A stretch of 64,000 bases of DNA from Klebsormidium nitens (Eukaryota > Plantae > Klebsormidiophyceae). Shown piece by piece: positions 43,904-55,900 of this stretch. A model generated the notes under the pieces. It did not search any database. It was given only the letters and a program-made list of their open reading frames with translations, and was not told the DNA's origin. The stretch's first letter is position 1; each line of letters opens with the position of its first letter. The position numbers were made by a program, and so were the translations under genes. The stretch covers positions 186,001 through 250,000 of the forward strand of contig DF236993.1 of NCBI GenBank assembly GCA_000708835.1, in the 5' to 3' direction.

Positions 43904-44962
43904 ATGAAGAGGCGAATGGATTATACTGAAGACATTTTTGCTGCGTTGTGGAATCGGAGCTCTAAAAGGAGGCGGGAGCATTACGGTGCTTCCAAGGATG
44001 AAAGCGAATCAGAGGGGTCAGAGGATGATAGTCAGTGGGAGGGTTCTGATGGATGCCAGTCTAGCGGCAGCCAGTGGGAGGGCTTGGAAGAAGACGAGAG
44101 CCAGTCAGAAGGTTCCGAGGATGCAAGCGAGTCAGAGGATTCAGAAAGCGGCACCGGAGCATGGGACTCGCTTGGGGGCCACTTTTATCTTGGAACGTCA
44201 GGCTGGCAATTTGCTGATTGGAAGACCAACGTGTATCCTGCAACGGTGAAGAAGAAGGACTGGTTTCAGGAGTACAGCTCTCATCTCAACAGCGTCGAGG
44301 AGAACCGCTCGTTCCAGAGTATCCCCTCTGAAGCCAGCATCCAGAAGCTGAATGAGCAAGCGAACGGAGTGAGAGGCTTCAAGTACGCGCTGAGGTTCAG
44401 TCAGTACGGCACACACACCAGGAAGCTGCTCGATCCGAAGGCCACAATTGGGAACTTTGCTTACAACTTGCGAGCCCTGGGAAAGCGGCTGGGTCCGGTC
44501 TTGGTGCAGTTGACGCGCAACTGGAAGATGAACCCCTCTGATTCTCCCGCCCGGCTGGACGCTTTCTTGAGGGCGGCAAAGCCGAAGTGTGCCAAGTGGG
44601 CGATGGAGCTGCGGCACGAGTCCTGGCTATGTGAGTCCATCTACAGCGTCTTGAGGCAACACAACGTCGCTCTGTGCATCCATGACAACGTCGACGTGGA
44701 GGAGCACCCGCAGATGCTGACAGCGGACTGGACGTACGTGCTGTTCCATGGCCCAAGATCTGAGAGCACAAACACGTGGAGCGAGGGGTATGAAAGGAAG
44801 GAGCTACAGGCGCGAGCTAACTGGATTCGCAAGGTGCTCAAGCAGTACAAGGACGTCTATGCCTACTTCCGGAACCACAACGAGGGCCACGCTTTCCATG
44901 ATGCTCTGAAGCTGCGGGCAAGAGTTCTCCCGCTGAAGGAGAGCAAGTCCAAGAAAAGATAG
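43904..44962 (+). CDS. DUF72 (YecE/UPF0759-like TIM-barrel) protein with acidic N-terminal extension, intronless
   Basis: Uninterrupted ORF (ATG at 43904; frame open from 43817) with LGTSGWQFADW..VYP, EYSSHLNSVEEN, LGPVLVQL, AMELRHESW, TADWTYVLFHG, DVYAYFRN..GHA, which is the DUF72 motif order. Confidence 0.88.
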   Translation: MKRRMDYTEDIFAALWNRSSKRRREHYGASKDESESEGSEDDSQWEGSDGCQSSGSQWEGLEEDESQSEGSEDASESEDSESGTGAWDSLGGHFYLGTSGWQFADWKTNVYPATVKKKDWFQEYSSHLNSVEENRSFQSIPSEASIQKLNEQANGVRGFKYALRFSQYGTHTRKLLDPKATIGNFAYNLRALGKRLGPVLVQLTRNWKMNPSDSPARLDAFLRAAKPKCAKWAMELRHESWLCESIYSVLRQHNVALCIHDNVDVEEHPQMLTADWTYVLFHGPRSESTNTWSEGYERKELQARANWIRKVLKQYKDVYAYFRNHNEGHAFHDALKLRARVLPLKESKSKKR

Positions 44963-46088
44963 TTTGTGCAAGATGTGAAGATGCGTTGTACTGTTCGTTG
45001 GATTCACTAAGAAAACGTTCAATAGCCAACTTGAGACTACACAAAATGGTCAGCTTTTGGAGTCTTGGAGGGATGAGTGTGGCAGTGGCAAAAATTGGTT
45101 GCCGGTGAGCTTTCAATGATATGGAGAGCACGAGTGCTCATGTACCCCGTCAAAGGCTAGTAGACTGGTTGGTGTACAGTAGCTTTTTGTAGCCATTTTT
45201 TACTGCCAGTTGTAGAGTAATACGGTACGCTGCTTTTGAGACCTCTGTATTTTAAGTACTGTCGGTCAAGTACACCTGATGAGAAACTTCGTCCATGGCC
45301 TTTATTACCAGCTTTCCTGAGAGGCCAAAATACCGATCCGTGCAGTGGATGAAGCATGCATCATGGTCACCTCACTCTCATGGGTTGACGTTGTGGTTGG
45401 ATGCAAGCCATCCGATCATGCCGAAAGTCTGTTGGCAGACCGGACCTTGATTGCAACTATGGCGGCTTGAATCGCCATGCAGACAGCAAGATAAATCTGT
45501 TCAATGCAGTACCACGTCGACATGTTTACACTCATACGCATGGTTGGAGATTGAATAAGCAATGCCATACACTTTTGATGTAAATTCATCCAGTATACAG
45601 TATAAACGTGAGACCAGTGACTGCAGCCTGCACATGTCATGCAGCTGCGGCTCCGGCTGTCATTTCATGGATGTTGAGGCAGCTTCGCGAAGCGACATGG
45701 AGCAGCCGGGCACAAAATGACATGTGCATGCATACAATGGTCATTGGTTTCATACACGTGCGAGCCGTCTGGCCCTCCGAGCCCTTATGATGCTTCAATC
45801 ATTTCAAAACTTTGCAACCATGCGGGTGACTACCATTCTATAAGTGCATATGATTACCATGCACCCACGCAATAGACTGTGCGCAGCTGACAATGAGTGG
45901 ACTTTAGTTGAAAGTGAAGGCAAAGGTTACAGAATTGCCTACAATGGCCGGACAAGGAGCCTCGATCCTTCGAACATAAGAGATTGCATACAGGAAAGCT
46001 CAACAGATGATTATCGTCAAAAGAACAGAGTAAGCTTCCGATCAGATCCGCAACTGCTGCAATTCAGGAACCAGTGAAAGTACAGCAA

Positions 46089-49000
46089 TCATGCGTTATG
46101 GACAGCCACATTCTGCCCTGACTCCACCACTTTGTTGATTGGCACCCTTTGCCTCTGTTCCACATAAGCTGTGGGGAACCATCCAGCCCTTCCTTTGCAC
46201 TCTCCTTCCGACCAGCCCGAATCCGACACCTGCAACAATCATGGCTCCCCTAGTTCAAAGTCCAGCATTTCAACATTTTTTGACCAGACAGTCATCCAGC
46301 GCAAACCAGGATTTACTGGAAACTCCAAGCAGACTCGTAGAAAGGCGGGTTGCCTTTTCAACGAAAACATGCTCACAAACTTTGAACCTGGATTGCCCCT
46401 GCAGATTTGCGGTTCATCGGGCGAGCAGACAAATGCGTGTGAGACAATGGCGAGCGGGCCCGGAACTCTTACCTGCCTGACCACCACGAAATCTCCAATT
46501 TGCAAGCTCAACTCGCTGTCGGATTCGGCTTGGAAGGCATGCATCGCCTGCGCGGCAAAGAATACAATATTTTTGTTGTTCGCAAGACTCTCAAGTGACG
46601 AGGACCAAGAAGTAAAAACGACATTGAGAGACCCACGAAGCTAACGAGGACTCCACTCTAGATGCAGTCGTAAGACCGTCGGATGCTACCAACAAAAGCA
46701 AGCACGACCCAACTGAGGGATTCCACCCAGACTCCTCATCCAACTTTTCAAGAAGGAACCGAAAAGGGGACCCGTTCGCACGTACCAGCTATGATTTGTC
46801 GGCTCAATTTCGTTTGGGGAGAAGACTTTGTTCGCATCTGCTCAACGAAGACTAGCTACACGACTGACGTTCCTCTGCTCTTTGAAATCGCAGAGCTTCA
46901 TCAAGATGCATCTGTCCCAGACATTGTGTAAGTCCGTCTGAAGCGGAACATGGCAGCATGAATTGGTCGGTAACAACGAGATCTGCTTCACGAAGGGAAT
47001 CGGCAAGCCTCACCTCTGCAAGGAAGTAGAGCGCCTTCTGCGAGCCTGACGGCTTGCCTGCACCCCCGGACGAATCACCGTGGAACGAAGCTTCAGCATC
47101 ACCGCTAGGGGTGGGGGGCGCCGAGTCGCCCTTCTGCCTCTCTGCCATAATCTGCAGAGTGTACCGCCACGTCAATATGAGTGCCTGAGCACTTGAGCGG
47201 GCCTTTCACAGTGAGAGCGAGGTCGCAGGAAGATGTGTCGAATTTCTGGAGACGTCTTCCAATCCGATTCTGCGAATTAAGCTTGCGGAAGACTGTAGAT
47301 CGAAAACGATTCAGCTGACCTATGACAGGCTCTCAAGCGACCAGTTAGGTCAATTCTCTTACATAAGGAAAATCTGACGTCACTGATACGGAATCCACTC
47401 TTCCCTACAGGCTTTTTGTTGAAGTCGCTTTCCTCGAGCATCGGTTTACATTCAAAAGCCTGGCCACACAGCACTTTCGACTGATTCCACACCTGGCTGT
47501 AAACCTGGTCCAGCAGGCTTGCACACGTGGCATGGTACTCCTTCTCCGAGCGCACGGCGTCGATGAGCCGTTGCAGCGTCACCCGCTGCTGCTGCGTCTC
47601 CACGGAAATGAGCGAAGACGCAGCCTCCTTGCCAAGAACGGCCATCGCCGCCGTGAGGTCCTGCATCTTCTGCTCTGCCTCACGGAGCTTCTTAGAGGCG
47701 TCGTCTGCGCTGCCCCCTGCGCTGGCGCGGTCGGAGCGCCGCTGGACTGACCCGGCCTGTTTGACCAAAAGGAGAGTTGGTTGGATCTACAAACTGCTGC
47801 TTTGATCGGATTGGCTGAGCTTCGACAAGTGGTTTCACGGACTGCTGCTTTGATTGGGTAGTTGCTTGGACTGCTGAACTCACATACTGCTATCATGATT
47901 GAGTTGGCTACTGGGACTAGTGACGAGATAGTTGCGAAGGAGCACTTGCTGCACAGCTTCGGAGCAGGGCTGGAACTGAACGTCTAGAAGGAAAGTGCGC
48001 ACTCTGCCAGGCTCATTGCGGTTGCTAAAGCTCAGCGTCGGTGAGTTCGGGTCACTCTGTGTTGCTAGAACCCGACTTGATTTGGAGGCCAGATTGTCCA
48101 AGTTGTGCGCCTTTGGTAGAAGAAAGACAATGACGGTGCTGACGATACAAGAAGATCCAGCAACAATATGCAGGGAGACAACCAACCTCTGGTAGCTGTG
48201 GTTGCGACGAGAGGCAAAATCAGAAACTTGATACACGGCATTCTGATGAAAACGGCAGGTTGTCTCACCGTCTGTACGGCCTCGTCTCGCAGCTTTTCGT
48301 ATCTCCTGTAGAGGTGCCTTGCATCTTCTAGAGGGGCTCCACTGATCATGGCTTTCAAAGGGTCCCCAACCTGCACATACCAGTCCAGTGGTCAGAATCA
48401 AGAATAATCCACAACAAGGCATAAATTGCACAACAAAGTCCGCAGCCAAGTACAAGTTTGCTGATCCCATTACTTCTTTCGAAGCTCCTGGAAAGCTTCG
48501 CTAACAAAAAGATACTGGTATCAACTTGAGCGGGAAGGAAACAGTACCACTGTAAACTTCCAGCAAGAGCCTGCTTGAAGCAAATGACAGGGTCAAACTG
48601 AGGTGTTGAGGCGGTTGGCAAACTCACGGTTGTGGCCAAAGCACGGTGGAAGGATTCCCGCTCCTTCTCAACATTGACCCTCCCATTTGAGTAGTGCAGA
48701 GCAGCGCGAGCAAGGGTACTGTTTGGAGCGGGCCCCTCCACCGCATACTTGCGGCAGTCATCACCCAACCTGGCGCCTATCTCCGAGTACTTGGCACCGC
48801 TCGCCACCAGGCCGTCTACGCCCTTGACAATATCCTTTTGGAAGTGCTGCAAAGTAAAGGCAACCGTCAGCGGACACCTTGGAGGATGTGTTCAGCCTAT
48901 GTAGCTCTCAAGAGGGCAACTTCACTCAACTTGTGCAACCAATACATCTAGATCAGTCCTGCCTGGACAGAAGGGGCTTCCACACACAAGAAGAGTGCTG

Positions 49001-49478
49001 TGCTTCCAGCTGGTGGACTCTGTAAAGCAGCGACAGTGTGATGCTCGCCTTTGTGTTGGTTGTTGATGCGTTCAGCCTTTCCAGCTGCTGGTGCCTCTGG
49101 AGCTCTGCTTCATCTGTGACAACCGCATTGCTGCCTTCCTTGGGGGCAGCAAACTTGCCCATTACAGCCTACAGCAAGCAGGAGAGTGACTTCAGTCCTG
49201 ACAGACAACCACCAACATTGCAATCACAGTATGTCATCTGTAGAGGTTGATTCTTATCTTTCACTTCATCCAGCAGATGTCCTCGAACGGAGGCACCATG
49301 TACTCGCAAGTTTCTTGCAGATACATACCCGCAGAGTAAAAGCACATGACCAGTAGACTTCCAACCAGATGCAAAGACGACTCAAAAAGATACATGGTTG
49401 GTCTCAGCTTTTACTCACCGCCTGCTGCTTTGAAACTTCGCTCCCAAGCTTCTGGGCATGCTTACGCAGGAAATCCAT
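46089..49478 (-). CDS. SH3P2: Plant SH3P-type N-BAR + SH3 protein
   Basis: Exons 49478-49419, 49168-49049, 48846-48628, 48370-48269, 47756-47493, 47151-47014, 46547-46473, 46229-46089. Motifs: MDFLRKHA, DEAELQRHQQLERL, HFQKDIVKGV, GAPLEDARHL, LGKEAASSL, ELSLQIGDFVVVRQV..SGWSEGECKGRAGWFP. Confidence 0.95.
47779..47880. repeat. Intronic ~46-bp degenerate tandem repeat next to an SH3P acceptor
   Basis: actgctgctttgat.gg.t..(c/t)tg recurs 2-3 times. Confidence 0.7.
48847..49048 (-). other. GC-AG intron
   Basis: AAG|GCGAGC donor. Joining gives TNTK|HFQKDIV, matching the SH3P family alignment (STRAAK-HYQRDIV). Confidence 0.8.
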
Positions 49479-50180
49479 GGTCCTGCAATCCAGCCAATGC
49501 CAGTGACTCCTTAGTCCTCTGAAGATGGTTGAGGCAGGGCCCCTAAAACAAGCAGGCTTACAAAGAATCAGGAACTCGTGCAGACTACAAATTATCAATG
49601 CATGACGACTTCACGCCCTCGGAAGTTGTTTCGAGGATGACGCTCACCTTAGCAGACTCGGGAGAATGCAGATCAATCGAGCCGGTTGCTGGAGGGGAGG
49701 CTGTGCAGATGGAGTGCTCAAGAGAGATTTCCACAATGTGCTTGGTACTGCTCCCAAATGCCTGGATCGTACTTGGTCGTCAGGCGCTTGTGACGGACCC
49801 TCCACCAAAGCCTCAGAATCAAAGCGCCCCAGCAGAGATGAGTGCCCAGCCTGTTTTGAATGTGAGAAAAACCCACGGTTCAGATTTCCGTTAGACAGAC
49901 CAATCAGCCAGTTCTTCGACGTCGGGTGGTGGACATATGTTTCGACATGTGGTTCCCCGCTGTCAAAGTTTTTATCTTGTCGAAGTCTGTTGAGGTGGCC
50001 TGGCCACCCACTTAACCTTAACCCAGACACGTGAAACCCTAATCTGCGCTCTTGCAGCTGTTGTTTGCACAGTCATGCAGACTCGTCACTCTCTCTGGAG
50101 GCAGAACGCTTTTGGTGTTTTGTTCACCTGACGCCTCCCTTTTCAGAAAGTTCCTTGCAGCATTGTCTCCACATGGCATC

Positions 50181-50564
50181 ATGGACGCCCTCAAGACGAC
50201 CTTCAGCAAGGGGGTGGACTTCTTGTTCCTGCTGTTCGACCTCCTCCGGGCGTGGTGGAGTTTGACATACTTGTCATATGTCTGGATCATCAATGAGCTA
50301 TGGGCTGTCACAGCGGCATTGGGGATCCTCGTGACATCCACAGCCGCAGTTTGCATTGCAGTCTGCATAAACTGGACGTTGGAGATCATATCGGCACTTC
50401 TAGGGATCACCTTCTCATTTGTCTACGTTGGAGCGGTTGCATTTTGCGCATGGTGCCTCGCAGTGGTTGCTGTGTGCTTGTACCCTTTAGTTAAAACGCT
50501 CCTGCTCATGAGGAAGCTCGCTCAGATACTGCTGCGGTGTACAAAGGCACTGGTGACGGAATGA
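50181..50564 (+). CDS. Small hydrophobic (2-3 predicted TM) protein of unknown function, 127 aa
   Basis: ATG-started ORF divergent from SH3P, with long hydrophobic stretches; no recognisable family. Confidence 0.4.
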   Translation: MDALKTTFSKGVDFLFLLFDLLRAWWSLTYLSYVWIINELWAVTAALGILVTSTAAVCIAVCINWTLEIISALLGITFSFVYVGAVAFCAWCLAVVAVCLYPLVKTLLLMRKLAQILLRCTKALVTE

Positions 50565-52903
50565 CGCCTGCCAAGCGACTCCACTACACGTAGGTGAGCA
50601 TCTGCACTAAGACTAGAAAATCAAGGGTGGACAGTCAGAGCCAGACTGGTGTAGCGTCTGCCTTGACTATCTATGCCAGTATCTCAGCCAGAGATATTAC
50701 TGGCAAGACCATGAGTTCTTTCATAACTCATGGCCCAGACATCCTATTTTTGGGTCAGGTTTTTCAAGAACTTTTGTTGGTAGGCGTACTTCACGGTAGT
50801 AAATTCAGAGAAGAGCCCCCAAAGCCTCTCTCTTTTGCATACGTTTGTAGCACATGAGGTGGCAAATGTAGTTCGTTCGCCCCCAGTTTCAACAACAACC
50901 AATAACAATAACAATATCAATATCAATCTGAACAATCTGAACCTAGTTTGGCAGTCAACCCAGCATTTGACATGCCCTTCTTTCAATTTTGTTGTGCTCC
51001 AAAGCTTGTTCTTTTCAGACCGGTCTTGTCGAGTTGGCTTGCAGAAGCATTTTCAAAAGAGTAGCATTAGACAACAGAACGTGCGAACTAAGTGGATTCA
51101 AAGAAAGGACGACAACGATCCAAGCACACCTTCTGCAGGGCTACACTTTGTATATATGTCAAGTGGAAACCTGCTGTGGTGCTCACGCTACTTTGAAGGA
51201 CAGAACATCCGGACCGCAACCGGTGAGCGCACCATCTTCCAGTATCTACCTTGTGGTAGATTGCGCGGCTCAAGGCAGCAGTCCTATATGTTGAAGATGG
51301 AAGCCGTACGAGAGAACCAAAAACACAAGCTAGATTGATTGCTAGGTTGATCTTTTCAACCTAGAGTCTGATAGAGTCTGCTTGTATTTCCTTCTCAAAT
51401 GGGTCCTCTTGTTTCCTGGAACTTTGTCCAAGAAAGGTGGAGAAGGAATTGAACGGTTGGTCTAATCAGGTATGTTTGTTCAGAACACCAACCTTTGTTT
51501 GCGACTTGAGTTTGTCCATCGAAGAGCTATGCAGCCCAATCCCTAGTCCGAATCAATGGTAAAGCCTCTTCTTACTTTTCACTGGCCACGAGGTTTAGAC
51601 AGAGACATTGCTCCTCGTAATGGTGACCTCATGGCAAGTTCCATGTTTAATCATAAAGTCGTCAATCCCTCCTGATTGTGCTTGCAGGTGATCAGGTTCT
51701 GCCCGACTTCCAAGGGTATACTCCTAAGATTTGTGTCGAGCTCTCTTTATTCATCATGACGCATTTGCTCAAGTTGCGGCGCTGAAGAAACATGGGCCAA
51801 TGAATTGGTAAAGCCACTATCCAATGCATTGAGAGCTGTATGTGTCTGGACAGCAAGTCTGCCGTGCAAGTGACAATGTCAGGCAGCTAGTAGCCTGCAA
51901 TTCTATAATAGTATCCTAGATGAGGAAGATGATCAGACAACTAGCAACCATATAAGAATGACATGACGGCCCTTGACTGATGACACCGGTAAGATTAGTG
52001 GAAGAATCAGGGCACTCACTCAGTCCGTTCTTATCTTCCATTGCGTCTTCCACAGGTGTCAGACCGCAGCGCGCCGAACATGTACATGATAGCTGTTCAG
52101 CTTTAGTATAATTGATAGCAGCGTCTACTTTGCAGTAAGCAAACTCAACATGCCATTGATGTACTCGAATAGTGTGGTTGTGTCATGTGCCATGGGTCAT
52201 ACGCTCTGGCCGGGCCCTGAAAGCATATGTTGATGGATTCTCGAGAATCATGCGCCAGCAGAATATTACAAGGATTCTCACTTCGAATATGCGTTTCGAG
52301 CGCGCAGAGCCTGCCAGCAATGGCCTGAGATGTAGCGTGTTATAAAACCACGCTAGCTGCACAGTGGTCGATCTTTCATGTATCCGACATATGCGGAATA
52401 CGTATAAAGCTCAATCATGATATGACTTTGTTTCAACGCATGGCGGCAGGACAGTAACAACAATTTATACACTGATTGAACATGATCAAAATCAGTGATC
52501 GAGGAACTTGCAGCTGTGTTCGACGACAACCAAACGCGCACAGATTGACAACATGCCGAGCTGTTGTAACACATTGTCAGAAGAATCCGTCGTGTACCGC
52601 TGCCACTGTAAGAATACACAAGGAGGAAGGTAAAAGTACCTGGTTTTGCGAGCTCCTAGCTCAAAAGCCTAAGGCTAACTTGATTGTACACAAGCCGCAT
52701 CTTGTCCACCTGTGTCGAACCTCCAAAAGAAAGCCCATCATAGCAGCATCAACTATAATCAGTTTGCTACCTAGGACCTTTTTGCTACCTAGCTTGGTCA
52801 CGCCTCAATAAGACGCACACTCGCATGCATCTCATGGGCTTCGTCACTACCGCATGCGAGGAGAATGTTCATCAGATTAGTCTAGCCAGTAACTTTGGAC
52901 GGG

Positions 52904-55900
52904 CTAGGCCGCAGGCCAAGGCCGGTTTGCCACGTTTGCCTTCACCATCCCCTCCGCTTTCAAACTCTCCCCCTCCTCAATCTCCATCGGCGTCCGGTTG
53001 ACGACGTACTCAATAAAGAAAACAGCAAGCGGGACGGCAATGAGCAGGCCCCAGACCCCGAGCGTGTGCTCCGCAAACACGAGCACCGCGAGCACCAGAA
53101 GTGGATGCAGCTTCAAGTGGGCTGCGAAGAGTCGGAAGAGCCGTGTCAAACTTTGCGATGCCAATTGGCTGTCGATAAGACAGGAAACAACATTGTAAAA
53201 GGGCCGTTTGTCAACACACTTAATCGGTAATTTCATGTGAACGAACCGGGCATCCACCATGATAGGGAGGAATGGAAGCGAGCGGGAACGGATGGGGAGA
53301 GGGAGGCGACAAACAGATGGTAACAAGAACAAGAGCGGGTTTTTGTTGCAGAGAGTTATGATCTTCAAAAGCTCGGCTCGGCCCGAGTTTGAGAGAGGCA
53401 TCCCTCGAAAACAGGCAGATGAGCGAACCGACTCGCATCCTGCCTCAAAAACAGAGCGAAACCGCGAATGTTCGAACGGCCACCGCTGGGGTTGCAAAAG
53501 TCAACGCTAAACTTCCTTCAACCAGTGAGAAAATTCATCAATCACCCGTTGCTCAGGCCGCTCAAACTTCAGTGCGGCCCGACATGACTGGACTCATGTG
53601 TAAAGAGCGGTGAGTAGTGGCCGCTTGAGAGTTTGTTGACCTGATTTCTTTCTCGACGGCTTCCCCGACGACGTTTACGCAGGCAGCCAGAATCCAGGTC
53701 GACTCTTATTGTCGCATGCGTTCACCAGAAATCGCATCTTGCTAGCGGCCCTAAAAACAGTTTGTTGCAACTAAAGGCGCGAAGCATGGTCAAGTTGGGT
53801 CATTTACCTGAATAGATGACGGGGTTCAACACGTACGCTTCTATGGCATGCGTGACGACCACCATCGCAATCACTAGAAGCAGCTGAAAGGCACCGTACC
53901 TGCACAGACAAGGGAGATTGTGTCAGCCTTGCACATTCCGTGCCGAGTCCAAGGAAACATTACGAAGTAAAGCGAGGCTAGTCGAAGAGGTGATGAAGGA
54001 TCACCCTGGCGCTACGGGCTCGTCAGATCAGTCCCAAGGACCACGGACTAGACTCTATACTTCAGTGGTGTATCCGTGACGCACAAACAAACGGCAACTC
54101 AAGTGCTCGTTATACGTGCGTACACAAGCAGAGAGCAAGGCTTTCGTGCACGCCTTTTTCTGCCACGGAAAATTTAGCGCCACGGAAACTCGTGCGCCTG
54201 AATCATGCGGTCGCTGCAGGACGGCTGACAAGACCCTCTTTTACGTTTTGGACGCGAGGAAGATCTGTCTCTCAGTAACCACCACTTGCCCCAAGACTCC
54301 GACGAAACTGGATATGACGCTGTTTGAGGACAGCATGTCCTTGACTCGAGGCTAAAAAGGCAACGAATCTACTTTGGAGCCGTTGAGGAAAAGCAGTGTG
54401 CCAGCGGTTCGCATCAACGATTTAACACATGACTCCAGACCGCCCACTCCGCGAGCGCTCGCGACTCCTTCTGCCAGGGCGACGAGGCCGATGAGGATGG
54501 TGGATAGAAGAACGCAATCAACGCCACCCTTCGTTTCGAACAATCCATTTGAATGCTGTTGAAACAAACCCTTCTGTGCTGATTTTGCACGAGCGGTCGA
54601 CACCACTCCAAACCGCCACTTTGCAAACGTTTTGCGACTTACTCTGCTAGTGCGACGAGGCCGATGGGAATGGTGGACAGGAAGACGCCGGCTACGGGAA
54701 CAAAGGAGCAGATGAAGACTACGATGGAAAGGCCCAGAACTCCGGGGAGGCGCAAAAAGAGACAGCCCAGCCCGGTGAGTAGCGTATTGACCACCGCGAT
54801 GGCGGACTGCGCCTGGAGGGCCTTGCCGAACAGCCGGCCGAAGGTGGCCACCTGCGAGGGAAGCAAAGGCATGGGGATTCGTTTTAGAAACCGAAAACAG
54901 TCTGCTTTCAAGAGGTAATTGACACGATAGCCGCTTCCCAGCACTGGCAGGCTGGGTTGGATTCTGCGAAGCTGCCGAAGAAGATGGCTACTTGAGAAGG
55001 AAGATGAGACATCAGAACTTTCCAACCGAAATGATAACGGCCCGCTTCTTCACGGTGCTCACCAGTTGGGCCCTTCGAACTATGTGAAGGGAAAATGAAG
55101 GTAAAGAGAAACTTGTCGGCCACAATCGGAAGGAGGCAAGGCGCCGAGATTCTTTCCAGAAACTCAAGACGGGGGCTTCCATCAGGTTACTGCAGCGGAT
55201 AGCCTTTTCAAGAAGCGACAGCGACGTAAGGAGACGGGAACTCTTTACTAATGCGCTGAATGTGAATACACGAACAACCAGCAGTGGGCCAGCTTTCCAG
55301 ACGAATGCAGCGAAAGAATTTGCCTGGAACCGACAGAAGCGTTTGAAAGCTTCTGTTCTTCTTTGCTAAGCCGCCCATCAGATAGGTCCGCATCTGCAAG
55401 GCTGACGACGAACCTCCAAAGATCGGGATTAAGGAACGGAGAAAGCAGCAAACTGCTCTAAGTGGAGGTTAGTGGAACTTACGGCCGGTGCGATCTCCTC
55501 ATACACGGCGGAGAGTCGGGATTCGCGGAGCGATTTGGCGCCCCTTTGGAGGGTGGGGAGGTCCCAGACGATCATGAAGGAGAAGAGCAGGCTCACAGCG
55601 CACTGCACACGATGACGTCAGAAAATGCTCTGTCACAGTTTGCGACCGAGTTTTGTTCGCAGGAGAACAAGGTCGCCGAAGGCTGAGGCACAACACAGGC
55701 TCAAAGGTAGAACGTGGTTTTGTGGCGGCCGATAAGTACGAGAGCTTACCTGCGGACCTCATACCAGTGGCAAGGCTTCAAGTGGTCACATGGATCGGAA
55801 GAAAAGAATACGTCCGCATTCTGGGCCTTTCCAATCCCAAGTAAAGGTGGCACTTGCGAGTACTTGGAATGGAGATGGGAGGCTCGAGACTTGGAATTAT

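Noticed and set aside
50835-52100. Asn-rich 167-aa ORF and fragmentary frames
   Set aside because: Driven by an (AAC/AAT) microsatellite; no splice or motif support.
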